Positions 38,438 to 48,570 are shown, counted from the stretch's first letter. The stretch is DNA of 64,000 nucleotides from an uncultured Eubacteriales bacterium (GCA_964390855.1 CAYMJG010000001.1:37726-101725); one strand, 5' to 3'. Notes: a model not told the origin generated them from the letters alone. Numbers and translations: made by a program.

Positions 38438-38920
38438 ATGTTATTGGACGCGAACAAGAAGACAATCATAGTATTCAGCGGGGATCTGGACAAAGCCATG
38501 GCCTCTTTTATTATAGCTAACGGCGCTGCCGCGATGGGCAACGAGGTAACCATGTTTTTTACCTTTTGGGGCCTTAATGTTTTGAGAAAACCGGACAAAA
38601 TTAGAATCAAAAAAGGCTTTCTTGAGGCCCTTTTCGGCTGGATGATGCCCCGGGGGGCGGGCCGGTTGGGCCTTTCCAAAATGAACTTCGGCGGCATGGG
38701 CGCTTCCATGATGAAGACCATTATGAAAAAAAAGAATGTCAGCACTGTCCAGGAATTGATTGAAACTGCACAGTCGCTGGGAGTAAAATTGATTGCCTGC
38801 TCCATGTCCATGGATGTGATGGGCATCAGGGGGGAGGAACTGATTGAGGGGGTTGAGTTTGCCGGTGTAGCCACCTACCTGGGTGAGGCGGACGAGGCCA
38901 ATGTCAACCTGTTTATCTAA
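38438..38920 (+). CDS. DsrE/DsrF-like family protein
   Basis: IIVFSGDLDKAMASFIIANGAAAMG...MFFTFWGL...LIACSMSMDVMG, typical of the DsrE_2-type proteins found beside CoADR-rhodanese genes. Confidence 0.7.
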   Translation: MLLDANKKTIIVFSGDLDKAMASFIIANGAAAMGNEVTMFFTFWGLNVLRKPDKIRIKKGFLEALFGWMMPRGAGRLGLSKMNFGGMGASMMKTIMKKKNVSTVQELIETAQSLGVKLIACSMSMDVMGIRGEELIEGVEFAGVATYLGEADEANVNLFI

Positions 38921-38948
38921 AAAACCCGCCCTATACGTAAGTGCGGCT

Positions 38949-38982
38949 GGAAGGCGTTTGCATATATTTGCAAACGCCTTCC
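38949..38982. terminator. Bidirectional terminator between the DsrE-like gene and the convergent beta-propeller gene
   Basis: Perfect 14-bp stem GGAAGGCGTTTGCA / TGCAAACGCCTTCC with a 6-nt loop; a T-rich tract follows. Confidence 0.8.
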
Positions 38983-38994
38983 GCATTATATTTT

Positions 38995-41364
38995 TTATTT
39001 TATATCGAGCTTGTTCAATTCCGTTAAATCGCTCATTTTGTTGGCCTTGAACATGTTTTGGGACAGGGTATAAAGGGTATCCTTAATATAAAGGATGCGC
39101 TGGATATTTTTTTCACTGTCGTACCAGTAATTGCCTGCCTTCAGGTAGTCTTCACCGGAAAGGTGGGTAATTTTTCCTTTCAGCCCAAAGCCATTTGCCA
39201 GGTCAAGGTTGTATACATAAGCGCCCTGAAAGGAGAAAGAGCCGTACTCCGGCCAGGGTCCGCCGTAACCATCGGCGTTATCCCGCACCTCCATGACCTG
39301 GACCGGGAAGGCCAGCAAGTTGTTATCTTTGGAAAACAGCAGCGCCTTGTGGTTGTGCAGCAGTTCCGAGTCAGTGCCCCGATCGCCGATTATTTCCCGG
39401 AACATTTCCACCGGGTGGCTGACATCGCTGACATCAAACAGCGCCATTTTCATGCCCAGGTAAAACGCCATGCCGTCGCCGCCCCATCCCTTGGGTCCTG
39501 TTTCAACGGTGTCCTTGCCAAAACCGATAATATGGTTTTCGTCATACGGGTGCAGGTAATCGCTGTAGCCCGGTATCTTCAGGGCGCCCAGTGTGGCCGG
39601 GTTTTCAGGGTCATGCAGGTCAAGCACGAAAAAGGGATCCACATTCTTAAATGTCACCAGATAAGCGCGGTTTCCAGCGAAACGTACAGAATATATCATT
39701 TCACCCGGGGCAATGCCTTCGATTTTGCCGGTAATATTTAAGCCGCTATCCAGCACGTAAATATTGTTTTTGGAGGTGCCTTCGTCCGGACGCCAGCTTT
39801 CTCCCTGGGTCGTGGCAATCCGGAAATACCCGTTATGTTCGTCCATCGAAAATTGGTTCAGGATTGTGCCGGGTACCTCTCCGCAAGCTTTATAGATTAG
39901 TTGCCCGCCGTCCATGCCGAATTTATAAATTTTTGTTTTGCTGGTATCGTAGGGAGTCCGGAGCAATGCCCCCGTTAACGGGAATACCGGGCCGCCCCCG
40001 TAATAGTTGCCGGTTACGGCCAGATACAGATTTTCTGTGGAAGCATAAATATTCCGGCCTGCCCCCAGGTAACTGGAAACAGAAGCTTTTTCATCCGGCC
40101 TGTCCAGATTCACACCGGCGACAATCAGGTAACCCGGGTCCACGGGTCCAGGGAAACACTTGATCTCGGGATATTCTATTTCAATAAGATTTTCATCTGC
40201 CGCCGTGTCCCGGTATATGGGTTTGGGTTCGCTGATTTCTTCACCCGGGTAATAGTAAATGCTTTTGTTGGCGACAAGATATAAAAAATTACCTATTTTG
40301 CGGGAGGAAACATAGCTGCCGCTTAATTCCAGTTCACGTGTCTGCCTGATGTTTGACTTGTCTTCAATATTGTAGATAATTGTTTTTACCCTGTCTGTAC
40401 TATAGTACGGCGGCATAATTTTAGACGCCATGTCCGGATCCGCTTTGTAAACGGGGGGATGATACCCGACGCTGCGGCCTATTACTACCAGTTGCCTGCC
40501 CTCAACATATATTTCCTGCGGGGAAAAAGATTTATCGGTATAATTAAGAATGCCTACGACTGCCATTTCCTCAGGCGGGTAAGCTCTGGCGACAACGATC
40601 CTGTCCCTGTTGACCTGGTAAATGTAATTGCCGTCAGTTTTCACTATGTCCGCTTCATCAACACCCTCAACCTGTATGTTGGTCCGGGAGTAATCAGCGT
40701 TGTTGCCGCCGTCGGCCATAGCCTGGGGCGCTTTCACCGCTATTGAGTTTTCCTTGGTTGCCCGCAAGGGTAAATAAGCGCCGGAGGATATGCCTGTTCC
40801 TTTATTATACCTGGACTGCCCATTATTAAGCAGTTCTTTCAGGTTTTCATATGAACCGACGGACGGTAGCGCGACCGGTTCAGGCAGTTTTCCCCGCGGC
40901 CCGATCAGGACGGATTTGGTAGCCTGATCCCAGCCTACTGTATAGCCGAAGGCTTCCGCTATATACCTGGCCGGCAGATAAGCGCGGTCACCCCGCAACA
41001 CCGGCGCCTCGTCCATATTAACCGGTTGACTGTTAACATACACTTTGCTGCCGCCGATAGCGGCGGTCACTGTTACATCGCCCCGGGCAAGTGTTACCGA
41101 CTGCGCAGAGGCGCTCCAGATAATGTTTTCTTCAGATACACCCAGGGATAAGGCAAGATAGCGCATCGGCACATAAGCGCGGCCGTTTTCTATAAAGGTT
41201 TCGGCATCCATCGTCTTGGCTATGCTGTCTGCGGTGTAGACGCTTTGACCTGCTGTAAATATCGCGGTGTGACCAGGTTCGGCGCCTGCCCGGTTGTGAC
41301 TGAAGAGAAAGCCGGCCAGGGTAAATAAAACAATACAAGCGACTATTATTTTTCTCATCCGCAA
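38995..41364 (-). CDS. Secreted protein with copper-amine-oxidase-N-like stalk domains and a C-terminal beta-propeller domain (COG4880-like)
   Basis: Signal peptide MRKIIVACIVLFTLAGFLF. Two repeats of ...RAY(V/L)P(M/A)RY(L/I)A(L/E)... typical of the Cu_amine_oxidN1 fold. The remainder is long and beta-rich. Confidence 0.6.
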   Translation of the reverse strand: MRMRKIIVACIVLFTLAGFLFSHNRAGAEPGHTAIFTAGQSVYTADSIAKTMDAETFIENGRAYVPMRYLALSLGVSEENIIWSASAQSVTLARGDVTVTAAIGGSKVYVNSQPVNMDEAPVLRGDRAYLPARYIAEAFGYTVGWDQATKSVLIGPRGKLPEPVALPSVGSYENLKELLNNGQSRYNKGTGISSGAYLPLRATKENSIAVKAPQAMADGGNNADYSRTNIQVEGVDEADIVKTDGNYIYQVNRDRIVVARAYPPEEMAVVGILNYTDKSFSPQEIYVEGRQLVVIGRSVGYHPPVYKADPDMASKIMPPYYSTDRVKTIIYNIEDKSNIRQTRELELSGSYVSSRKIGNFLYLVANKSIYYYPGEEISEPKPIYRDTAADENLIEIEYPEIKCFPGPVDPGYLIVAGVNLDRPDEKASVSSYLGAGRNIYASTENLYLAVTGNYYGGGPVFPLTGALLRTPYDTSKTKIYKFGMDGGQLIYKACGEVPGTILNQFSMDEHNGYFRIATTQGESWRPDEGTSKNNIYVLDSGLNITGKIEGIAPGEMIYSVRFAGNRAYLVTFKNVDPFFVLDLHDPENPATLGALKIPGYSDYLHPYDENHIIGFGKDTVETGPKGWGGDGMAFYLGMKMALFDVSDVSHPVEMFREIIGDRGTDSELLHNHKALLFSKDNNLLAFPVQVMEVRDNADGYGGPWPEYGSFSFQGAYVYNLDLANGFGLKGKITHLSGEDYLKAGNYWYDSEKNIQRILYIKDTLYTLSQNMFKANKMSDLTELNKLDIK

Positions 41365-41517
41365 GACCCCTTTTCTTTATTTTACCTGTTAGACGACCAG
41401 CATATGGGGGTTGGTTCATTTTGCCAATATATAAATCCTTTTTCGCCTTTAAGACCCTATTATTTTTTTGACAAACATTTATAATATAATGCAAGTGTCT
41501 AAAACTTAAGAAAGGTT

Positions 41518-41937
41518 TTGAAAATGGAAAACAATGAGGTACCTACCTGTCACATCGCGCGTTTCATTACAATTGCCATGGACCTGGCGGAAAGGATAGT
41601 CAGCGGGGAATATTATAAGGGGCAAAAAATATCCGGCCGCTCTACCCTGGCTGCTCTCTACAATGTATCCCCGGAAACGATTAGGCGGGCTTTAACGCTT
41701 TTACAGGAGTCCGGCGTGGTAAAGGTGCTGCCGGGAACCGGCGTAATCGTCAATTCAGTAAGTTCCGCCCAGGAATATCTGGCGGAGACCGGCCAGTTCA
41801 AGGTCATTAAAGAAATGCAGGTGCGCCTGGCCAGGCTGGTACAGGAGAGAAATAAAATCAATGCGGATATCGAGCGCCTTACTTCAGAATTGTTGGATTA
41901 TGTGTTGAGCATACTTTCGGCCAAGCATAAAATATAA
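41518..41937 (+). CDS. GntR-type winged-helix transcriptional regulator (short form)
   Basis: GRSTLAALYNVSPETIRRALTLLQESGVVKVLPGTGVIV, plus a coiled-coil tail. Confidence 0.6.
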   Translation: MKMENNEVPTCHIARFITIAMDLAERIVSGEYYKGQKISGRSTLAALYNVSPETIRRALTLLQESGVVKVLPGTGVIVNSVSSAQEYLAETGQFKVIKEMQVRLARLVQERNKINADIERLTSELLDYVLSILSAKHKI

Positions 41938-41986
41938 ATACATATTTGGCCGTTTCAAGTTGCCGCGCCGCTCACACGCAAAACTA

Positions 41987-42015
41987 TTGACATTCGCCAT
42001 GGCGGGTCATATAAT
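41987..42015 (+). promoter_or_regulatory. Consensus sigma-A promoter of the rib operon
   Basis: TTGACA (41987-41992), a 17-nt spacer, then TATAAT (42010-42015). Both hexamers are exact. Confidence 0.75.
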
Positions 42016-42046
42016 GTTTTTATCGAAACGACAAATAAATATCGGA

Positions 42047-42185
42047 ACCTTCAGGGACGGGTGCAATTCCCTACCGGCGGTAAGGTCTCAGGATGTTTTC
42101 CCAGCCTGAGGCCGAGCCCGCGAGCCCATAAGGGCAGATCCGGTTTAATTCCGGGGCCGACAGTAAAGTCTGGATGGAAGAAGGT
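42047..42185 (+). promoter_or_regulatory. FMN riboswitch (RFN element)
   Basis: CTTCAGGGACGGGTGCAATTCCCTACCGGCGGT...AGCCCGCGAGC...GATCCGGTTTAATTCCGGGGCCGACAGTAAAGTCTGGATGGAAGAAGG. P1 pairing ACCTTC/GAAGGT. Confidence 0.9.
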
Positions 42186-42192
42186 AGGCGCT

Positions 42193-42275
42193 AGTCTTTC
42201 AAAGACTTTTTTACGCTGTTTGGTTTTTCCTAATGCTATTGACCCTGGGGTTTCTTGCCCGGGGTTTTAATATTT
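42193..42275 (+). terminator. FMN riboswitch expression platform with two candidate terminator hairpins
   Basis: AGTCT-TTCAA-AGACT followed by TTTTTT (42193-42212). ACCCTGGG-N8-CCCGGGGT followed by TTT (42242-42268). Confidence 0.55.
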
Positions 42276-42299
42276 TAAGATAGAACTGGAAGGCTGTTC

Positions 42300-43406
42300 A
42301 TGGATAGAAGGTATATGGGGCTGGCCCTGGAATTGGCTGCCAGGGCCAGAGGCCGTACCAGTCCCAACCCGATGGTTGGAGCTGTGGTGGTTAAAGAAGG
42401 GAAGATAATCGGACAGGGTTTGCACCTGAGGGCCGGGACTGCCCATGCTGAAATACACGCCTTAAACGAGGCGGGCAACCTGGCCGCGGGAGCAACACTG
42501 TATGTGACGCTGGAGCCGTGTTGCCACTGCGGGCGAACCGGTCCGTGTACGGCGGCAATCATCAAAGCCGGTATATCCAGGGTGGTAACCGCCATGGAGG
42601 ATCCTAACCCGCTTGTTGCCGGAAAAGGGATTCGCCTGCTTAGAGCAGCCGGCATAGAGGTAACCGCCGGTGTACTAGAAGAAGAAGCACGTACACTGAA
42701 CGAGGTCTTTATCAAATACATTACCACCCGCCGGCCTTTTGTGGTGGCCAAGGCGGCTGTGAGCCTTGACGGGAAAATCGCCGCCCGCAGCGGCAAATCA
42801 AAATGGATCACAGGCGCCGGGGCGCGCGCATACGGCAGGCAGCTCAGGGATTGGTATGACGCGATCATGGTCGGCATCGGCACAGTACTGGCCGACGATC
42901 CCGCCCTGACAACCCGTCTGCCGGGTGGGGGCGGGCGCGATCCGGCCCGCATTATCCTGGATAGCCGGGCCGGCATCCCGTTGAACGCCAGGGTATTGAC
43001 CCAGGAGTCGGAGGCCCCCACGATAATAGCGGTTACTGCCGGGGCGCCCCCGGAAAAGCTGGAAACGCTGCGTAAAAACGGTGTTGAAGTGTTAATTGTT
43101 AACGAAGGACCCAGAGTGGATCTGATTGAATTGATGAAACTTTTGCCGGAAAGGGGAATCACCTCCGTTTTAATCGAAGGAGGGGCGACGGTGCATGGTT
43201 CAGCTTTTGCCGCTCAGATAGTTGATCGAGTGGCCTGGTTTATTGCGCCGAAAATAATCGGCGGGCGGGACGCGCCCGGCCCTGTGGGCGGCATGGGGGT
43301 GGACAGTCCGGCTGATGCCGCGGTGTTGGAGCGGGTTAAGGTAAGCCGCCTTGGCGCCGACCTCCTGGTGGAAGGACATTTAAACTATTCTAGTAAACCG
43401 GATTAA
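42300..43406 (+). CDS. ribD: Bifunctional diaminohydroxyphosphoribosylaminopyrimidine deaminase / 5-amino-6-(5-phosphoribosylamino)uracil reductase
   Basis: NPMVGAVVV, HAEIHAL and TLEPCCHCGRTGPC deaminase motifs, followed by a reductase domain. Confidence 0.92.
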   Translation: MDRRYMGLALELAARARGRTSPNPMVGAVVVKEGKIIGQGLHLRAGTAHAEIHALNEAGNLAAGATLYVTLEPCCHCGRTGPCTAAIIKAGISRVVTAMEDPNPLVAGKGIRLLRAAGIEVTAGVLEEEARTLNEVFIKYITTRRPFVVAKAAVSLDGKIAARSGKSKWITGAGARAYGRQLRDWYDAIMVGIGTVLADDPALTTRLPGGGGRDPARIILDSRAGIPLNARVLTQESEAPTIIAVTAGAPPEKLETLRKNGVEVLIVNEGPRVDLIELMKLLPERGITSVLIEGGATVHGSAFAAQIVDRVAWFIAPKIIGGRDAPGPVGGMGVDSPADAAVLERVKVSRLGADLLVEGHLNYSSKPD

Positions 43407-43442
43407 TTTTACAAGGTTTTATTAATATAAGGGGGATAACTT

Positions 43443-44090
43443 TTGTTTACTGGTATTGTTGAGGAATTGGGGGTTATAAAAGCTGTGCGGCGCGGCGCCG
43501 ACTCAGCGCAGCTCCTTATTGAAGCATTCGTAGTTATCGAAGGCAGCCGGGTGGGTGACAGCATCATGGTCAACGGCGTCTGCCTTACCGCGGTACATTT
43601 CGGCGCAGCTGGTTTTACTGCGGACGTGATGGCGGAAACCCTGGATAAAAGCAATCTAGGTAAATTAAAAACAGGAGACAGGGTGAACCTGGAACGCGCC
43701 CTGCGCTTGGGCGACAGGTTGGGCGGGCATATTGTCAGCGGCCATATCGACGGGGTAGGTACAATTGCCCGGCGTGAGAAACATGATATAGCCACCCTGA
43801 TCAGCATCAGGGCGCCTGAAGCGGTGATGCGCTACATTATCAAAAAAGGTTCGGTGGCCATAGACGGGACTAGCCTGACCATTGTTGACTTTGCGGCAGA
43901 CGTCTTCCAGGTGTCACTAATACCCCATACGGCGCATGAAACCACGCTGGGATTTAAAAAAGCCGGGGACAGCGTTAATCTGGAAGGTGATATTATCGGC
44001 AAATACGTCGAAAGAATGATGGGTTTTCCGGAAACCAAGGTGGACCCGGGGCTTAGCATGAATTTTTTAGCGGAACATGGTTTTCTTTAA
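43443..44090 (+). CDS. ribE: Riboflavin synthase
   Basis: MFTGIVEELG and SIMVNGVCLT, with an internal duplication (SVAIDGTSLT). Confidence 0.92.
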   Translation: MFTGIVEELGVIKAVRRGADSAQLLIEAFVVIEGSRVGDSIMVNGVCLTAVHFGAAGFTADVMAETLDKSNLGKLKTGDRVNLERALRLGDRLGGHIVSGHIDGVGTIARREKHDIATLISIRAPEAVMRYIIKKGSVAIDGTSLTIVDFAADVFQVSLIPHTAHETTLGFKKAGDSVNLEGDIIGKYVERMMGFPETKVDPGLSMNFLAEHGFL

Positions 44091-44108
44091 AACAAATTAG
44101 GAGGCAGA

Positions 44109-45320
44109 ATGATGAAATTCAACACAATTGAAGAAGCCATTGAGGATATCAAAAAAGGCAGGATTATTGTCGCCGTCGACGACGAGGACCGTGAAAATGA
44201 GGGGGATCTGATCATGGCCGCCGAAATGGTCACCCCGGAAGCTGTGAACTTTATGGCGACCCAGGGGAGGGGGCTGATTTGCCTGCCCGTGATGGGGGAA
44301 CGTCTCGACGAACTGGAACTGCCGGCCATGGTTAGCAACAATACGGATCCTCATGCCACCGCCTTTACAGTTTCTATCGACGCCAAGGACTGTACTACAG
44401 GTATTTCCGCGTATGAACGGGCTATGACTGTCAAAGCCGTTCTTGATCCTGACACAAAACCGGAGGATTTGCGCCGCCCCGGCCATATTTTCCCGCTGCG
44501 CGCCAAAGAGGGAGGTGTCCTGAGGCGCACAGGCCACACCGAGGCGACGGTCGATCTGGTCAGACTGGCGGGTCTCTATCCGGCGGGTATTTGTTGTGAA
44601 ATTATGAAAGAAGACGGGACCATGGCCAGGGTGCCTGAACTGATGGAGTTCGTGAAAACCCATAATTTAAAAATCATCACCATCGCCGACCTGATCCAGT
44701 ACAGGCGCACTACTGAAAAATTGGTGCGGCGGGTCGATGATGCCAAGTTGCCTACCATACATGGCGAGTTCACGGCTGTGGCCTATGAAAGTATCCTGGA
44801 CGGCAAAGGCCATATCGCCCTGGTTATGGGTGACCTGGAAAAAGCCAAAGCTCCGCTGGTGCGGGTGCATTCAGAGTGCCTGACCGGTGATGTTTTCGGC
44901 TCAATACGCTGCGATTGCGGTGATCAGCTTTTCCACGCCATGGAAATGATCGCCGGGGAGGGCGCCGGGGTACTTCTGTATATGCGGCAGGAAGGAAGAG
45001 GCATCGGGCTTTTAAATAAAATCAGGGCTTATCACCTCCAGGACCACGGCAAAGACACAGTGGAGGCCAACTTGGCCCTGGGTTTCCCCGCGGATCTGCG
45101 GGACTATGGTCTGGGAGCGCAGATCCTGTCCGACCTGGGGCTTAAAAAGATCAGGCTGATCACCAATAACCCCCGCAAAATCGCCGGCCTGGAAGGCCAC
45201 GGCCTGGAGGTTGTAGAAAGGGTACCCATCGTGATCAGACCGGGCGCCTGCAACCGGTTTTATCTCTCCACCAAGCAGAAAAAACTTGGCCATCTGTTGA
45301 ACATCGCCTCCGATCGCTAA
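44109..45320 (+). CDS. ribBA: Bifunctional 3,4-dihydroxy-2-butanone-4-phosphate synthase / GTP cyclohydrolase II
   Basis: [23 protein letters not shown] and [18 protein letters not shown] motifs. Confidence 0.92.
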   Translation: MMKFNTIEEAIEDIKKGRIIVAVDDEDRENEGDLIMAAEMVTPEAVNFMATQGRGLICLPVMGERLDELELPAMVSNNTDPHATAFTVSIDAKDCTTGISAYERAMTVKAVLDPDTKPEDLRRPGHIFPLRAKEGGVLRRTGHTEATVDLVRLAGLYPAGICCEIMKEDGTMARVPELMEFVKTHNLKIITIADLIQYRRTTEKLVRRVDDAKLPTIHGEFTAVAYESILDGKGHIALVMGDLEKAKAPLVRVHSECLTGDVFGSIRCDCGDQLFHAMEMIAGEGAGVLLYMRQEGRGIGLLNKIRAYHLQDHGKDTVEANLALGFPADLRDYGLGAQILSDLGLKKIRLITNNPRKIAGLEGHGLEVVERVPIVIRPGACNRFYLSTKQKKLGHLLNIASDR

Positions 45321-45381
45321 ACCGTATACAAGAATTAAAATAAAAAAACTGTTTTTCTGACAATGAAAGGGAGATGGATAT

Positions 45382-45861
45382 ATGCCGAAGATATACGAAG
45401 GACATCTTTTGGGCCAGGGACTCAGGTTTGGAATTGTGGCCGGGCGGTTTAATGAATTTATCACCAACAAACTGCTTAGCGGCGCGCTGGATGCCCTTAA
45501 CCGGCATGGTGTGCTGGAGCATGATATTGAGGTGGCCTGGGTGCCGGGGGCTTTTGAAATACCGCTCACTGCCGGCAAATTGGCGGCCAGGGATAAATAT
45601 GACGCGGTAATCTGCCTGGGCGCGGTTATCCGCGGCGCCACACCTCATTTCGATTACGTGGCGGGAGAGGTAACCAAGGGGGTGGCCAAGGTCGGTTTGG
45701 AAAGCGGCACCCCCACTATATTCGGGGTGATCACCGCCGACACAATTGAACAGGCCATTGAGCGGGCCGGGACAAAAGCAGGCAATAAAGGATGGGACGC
45801 CGCAGTCACCGCCATTGAAATGGCTAACCTGTTGCGGGAACTGGATGGGGAAAAACAATAA
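45382..45861 (+). CDS. ribH: 6,7-dimethyl-8-ribityllumazine synthase
   Basis: [21 protein letters not shown] and GVITA motifs. Confidence 0.92.
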   Translation: MPKIYEGHLLGQGLRFGIVAGRFNEFITNKLLSGALDALNRHGVLEHDIEVAWVPGAFEIPLTAGKLAARDKYDAVICLGAVIRGATPHFDYVAGEVTKGVAKVGLESGTPTIFGVITADTIEQAIERAGTKAGNKGWDAAVTAIEMANLLRELDGEKQ

Positions 45862-45888
45862 CAATCGCATTTTAAATGGCTAAAAAAT

Positions 45889-45914
45889 AAAAACGGCTTA
45901 AACGCCGTTTTTTT
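45889..45914. terminator. Bidirectional terminator between ribH and rpmB
   Basis: AAACGGC-TTAAAC-GCCGTTT flanked by an A-run and a T-run. Confidence 0.75.
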
Positions 45915-45926
45915 AAAGACTTTTGT

Positions 45927-46118
45927 TTATATTGCGCGCTGGACCTTACCGCTCCTGATACACCTGGCGCATACCAGCACTTTTTTCGGGGAGCCGTTTA
46001 TGATAGCCCTTACCCTCTGCAGGTTTGGCGCCCATTTCCTTTTGCTGCGGATGTGCGAGTGGCTGAGTTTGATGCCGACTACTGTGCCCTTGCCGCAAAT
46101 AATGCAATTTCTAGCCAT
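45927..46118 (-). CDS. rpmB: 50S ribosomal protein L28
   Basis: MARNCIICGKGTVVGIKLSHSHIRSKRKWAPNLQRVR. ATG 46118 follows AAAGGAGGTG; the ORF-track start 46205 is upstream of the RBS. Confidence 0.9.
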   Translation of the reverse strand: MARNCIICGKGTVVGIKLSHSHIRSKRKWAPNLQRVRAIINGSPKKVLVCARCIRSGKVQRAI

Positions 46119-46234
46119 GTATACACCTCCTTTAAACCACCTATCCATTTTACCAAAAAACAATTTTTGCCGCAAGGGCTGAAAGTTGCCTGCAACTGTA
46201 AACATGGAATAAACATTTTTTATTTGGGGATAAC

Positions 46235-48307
46235 ATGAACAATAATTTTTTGATTAAACCGGTCCAAAACATAAAAACAGTGGGACCGCGCCGGGCAGCG
46301 TCCCTGCAGAGGTTGGGCATATTTACCGTTAGGGATCTTTTGTATCATTTTCCCAGACGCTATGTAGACCGCACCTGCTTGATTCCTGCCGGGGCCTGCC
46401 CCCAGGGTGATACTGCCACCGTACACGGCACGGTCCTGGCTGCGCAGGACATAAAACCACGGCGAGGTCTGGTTGTTACCAAACTGACCGTGCACGATGG
46501 AATCGGAATTTTTTATGCTGTTTGGTTTAACCAGCCTTTTATTAAAAAAAGCCTGACGCCGGGAAAAAAAATTTATGTTACCGGCAAAGTGGACAAGAGC
46601 TATGGCGCCACCCAGTTGGCAGTAGAAGACTATGAACTGGATGAAGGCGCAGGCAGCCTCAGCGCGGGACGTCTCGTTCCTATTTACCCTCTTACCGAAC
46701 GGTTAAACCAGAGGCAGTTGCGGGTGATCATTAAAACAGCCCTGACAGCGTTAAACAACCGGATAAATGAAATTTTACCGGAGGAAATAATTAAAAGATA
46801 TAATTTACCCGGGCTGGAAGAGGCACTGCTTCAAATCCACTTTCCCGAACAGGAAAATGACGCGGCTGCGGCAAGAAAAAGGTTTATCTTTGAAGAGCTG
46901 TTTTTGTTTCAGCTGGCCCTGGCGGCTAGAAAAAGAAATATTACCTGCAGTGAAAAGAAATACCGGTATATGCCCGAGGGCCGTCTGTTGCGCTTATATC
47001 AAAAAAACCTTCCTTTTCAACTGACCGGGGGCCAGCGCCGGGTCTGGATGGAAATTTCGGCGGACCTGGACCGCCCCAGACCACTGCACCGTTTGCTGCA
47101 GGGAGATGTCGGCGCGGGAAAAACAGTGATCTCCACGATGACAATGCTCAGGGCGGTAGAAAGCGGTTTGCAGGCTGTCTTGATGGCCCCCACGGAAATC
47201 CTCGCCGAACAGCATCACCGGGGGCTGAGCAAGGAGCTGGACCCTATCGGTGTTGAGGCCGGGCTTTTAACCGGCTCCATCAAAAAAAAGGACAGGGAAC
47301 TGCTTCTGGCCAGGATCGCCGCTGGAGACTTGAAACTTCTGGTGGGGACGCACGCTCTGCTCCAGGGTGATGTGAATTTTCAAAAGCTGGGATTGGTGAT
47401 CGTAGACGAACAACACCGCTTCGGTGTCCGTCAACGGGCTGCACTGGTGTATAAAGGAAGCCTGCCGGACACTCTTGTGATGACGGCCACCCCGATTCCA
47501 CGCACCCTGGCCCTGACCTTGTATGGGGATCTGGATATTTCAGTTATCGATGAACTGCCGCCCGGAAGGTACCCGGTAAAGACCTACGCTGTCCTGCCCC
47601 GGGCCCTGCCCAAGGCTTTAAACCTGATCAGAGAACAGGTGGCGCTTGGCAGACAGGCTTATATTGTCTGTCCACTGGTTGAGGAGTCAGAAAAAATCGA
47701 TTTGCAGGCGGCTGTGGATCTGGCTGAGGACCTGGCCGCAAATGATTTTAAAGGTATCCTGGTGGGATTGTTGCACGGCAGAATGAAGCAGGCGGAAAAA
47801 GAAGAAATTATGTCCCGCTTTCGCCGGGGGGAGATAAAGGTGCTCGTTTCCACTACTGTGATTGAGGTCGGGGTGGATATCTCCAACGCCACTGTGATGA
47901 TGGTCATGGATGCCGACCGTTACGGCCTGGCTCAGCTGCACCAACTGCGGGGCAGAGTTGGGCGCGGTTGCCTGCAGTCATACTGTATCCTGATTGGCAG
48001 CCCCAAAACCGAGGAGGGACGTGCCCGCCTGCAGGCGATGACCAGATCCACAGATGGTTTTACCCTGGCGGAAGAAGACTTGCGTCTGCGCGGGCCGGGC
48101 GATCTTCACGGCGCTCGTCAGTCCGGCCTGCCCGAGTTCAAAATCGCCGACCTGCTGCGCGACGGAAAGACCTTGGAGGCAGCCAGGAAAGAAGCCGGGG
48201 CCCTAGTGCGAAATGCTCCTTATTTTAAAAGCCCCGCCGGCAGGGCGTTGCTGGAAGAGATAAACACAAGATTCGGAAAAGGAATGGACTTCGACGGGCC
48301 AATTTAA
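46235..48307 (+). CDS. recG: ATP-dependent DNA helicase RecG
   Basis: Wedge domain, GDVGAGKT Walker A, VDEQHRFGV, and TATPIPRTLAL-type (TRG) motif. Confidence 0.92.
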   Translation: MNNNFLIKPVQNIKTVGPRRAASLQRLGIFTVRDLLYHFPRRYVDRTCLIPAGACPQGDTATVHGTVLAAQDIKPRRGLVVTKLTVHDGIGIFYAVWFNQPFIKKSLTPGKKIYVTGKVDKSYGATQLAVEDYELDEGAGSLSAGRLVPIYPLTERLNQRQLRVIIKTALTALNNRINEILPEEIIKRYNLPGLEEALLQIHFPEQENDAAAARKRFIFEELFLFQLALAARKRNITCSEKKYRYMPEGRLLRLYQKNLPFQLTGGQRRVWMEISADLDRPRPLHRLLQGDVGAGKTVISTMTMLRAVESGLQAVLMAPTEILAEQHHRGLSKELDPIGVEAGLLTGSIKKKDRELLLARIAAGDLKLLVGTHALLQGDVNFQKLGLVIVDEQHRFGVRQRAALVYKGSLPDTLVMTATPIPRTLALTLYGDLDISVIDELPPGRYPVKTYAVLPRALPKALNLIREQVALGRQAYIVCPLVEESEKIDLQAAVDLAEDLAANDFKGILVGLLHGRMKQAEKEEIMSRFRRGEIKVLVSTTVIEVGVDISNATVMMVMDADRYGLAQLHQLRGRVGRGCLQSYCILIGSPKTEEGRARLQAMTRSTDGFTLAEEDLRLRGPGDLHGARQSGLPEFKIADLLRDGKTLEAARKEAGALVRNAPYFKSPAGRALLEEINTRFGKGMDFDGPI

Positions 48308-48532
48308 ATTTATATCCAAATTATTTAAATCTTCCATGGATTTCGAAGAAACATTTCCTTGGTATATAAGATTTGTTTTGATTTATACTAAAGGCAATAA
48401 GAAATGGGGGTGATTAAATAACCTAGGCATATTTCAGGTTTCAGAGCATGTATTTGTTACCTTATCCGACCATGTCGACAGAAACTGATAGGTTTTAATA
48501 AATTGCCACTCTACCTCCACAATATTTTAAAA

Positions 48533-48570
48533 TGCAAGCAGTATAGTTACTTACTGCTTGCAGTATTTTT
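48533..48570. terminator. Bidirectional rho-independent terminator in the middle of the recG-gpr spacer
   Basis: Perfect 11-bp stem TGCAAGCAGTA / TACTGCTTGCA with an 8-nt loop. TTTTAAAA lies upstream and GTATTTTTATT downstream. Confidence 0.75.

Noticed and set aside
42061-42270. 69-aa plus-strand ORF upstream of ribD.
   Set aside because: It lies entirely within the FMN riboswitch and its terminator.
42275-43162. 295-aa minus-strand ORF antisense to ribD. Similar long antisense ORFs occur at 8924-9523, 11893-12683, 25626-26270, 35268-35909, 60827-61606 and 62502-63374.
   Set aside because: Each lies fully inside a gene with unmistakable conserved motifs on the other strand. Their translations are low-complexity (Ala/Arg/Pro/Ser-rich) without motifs or RBS. 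They are typical shadow ORFs in GC-rich third-position coding DNA.
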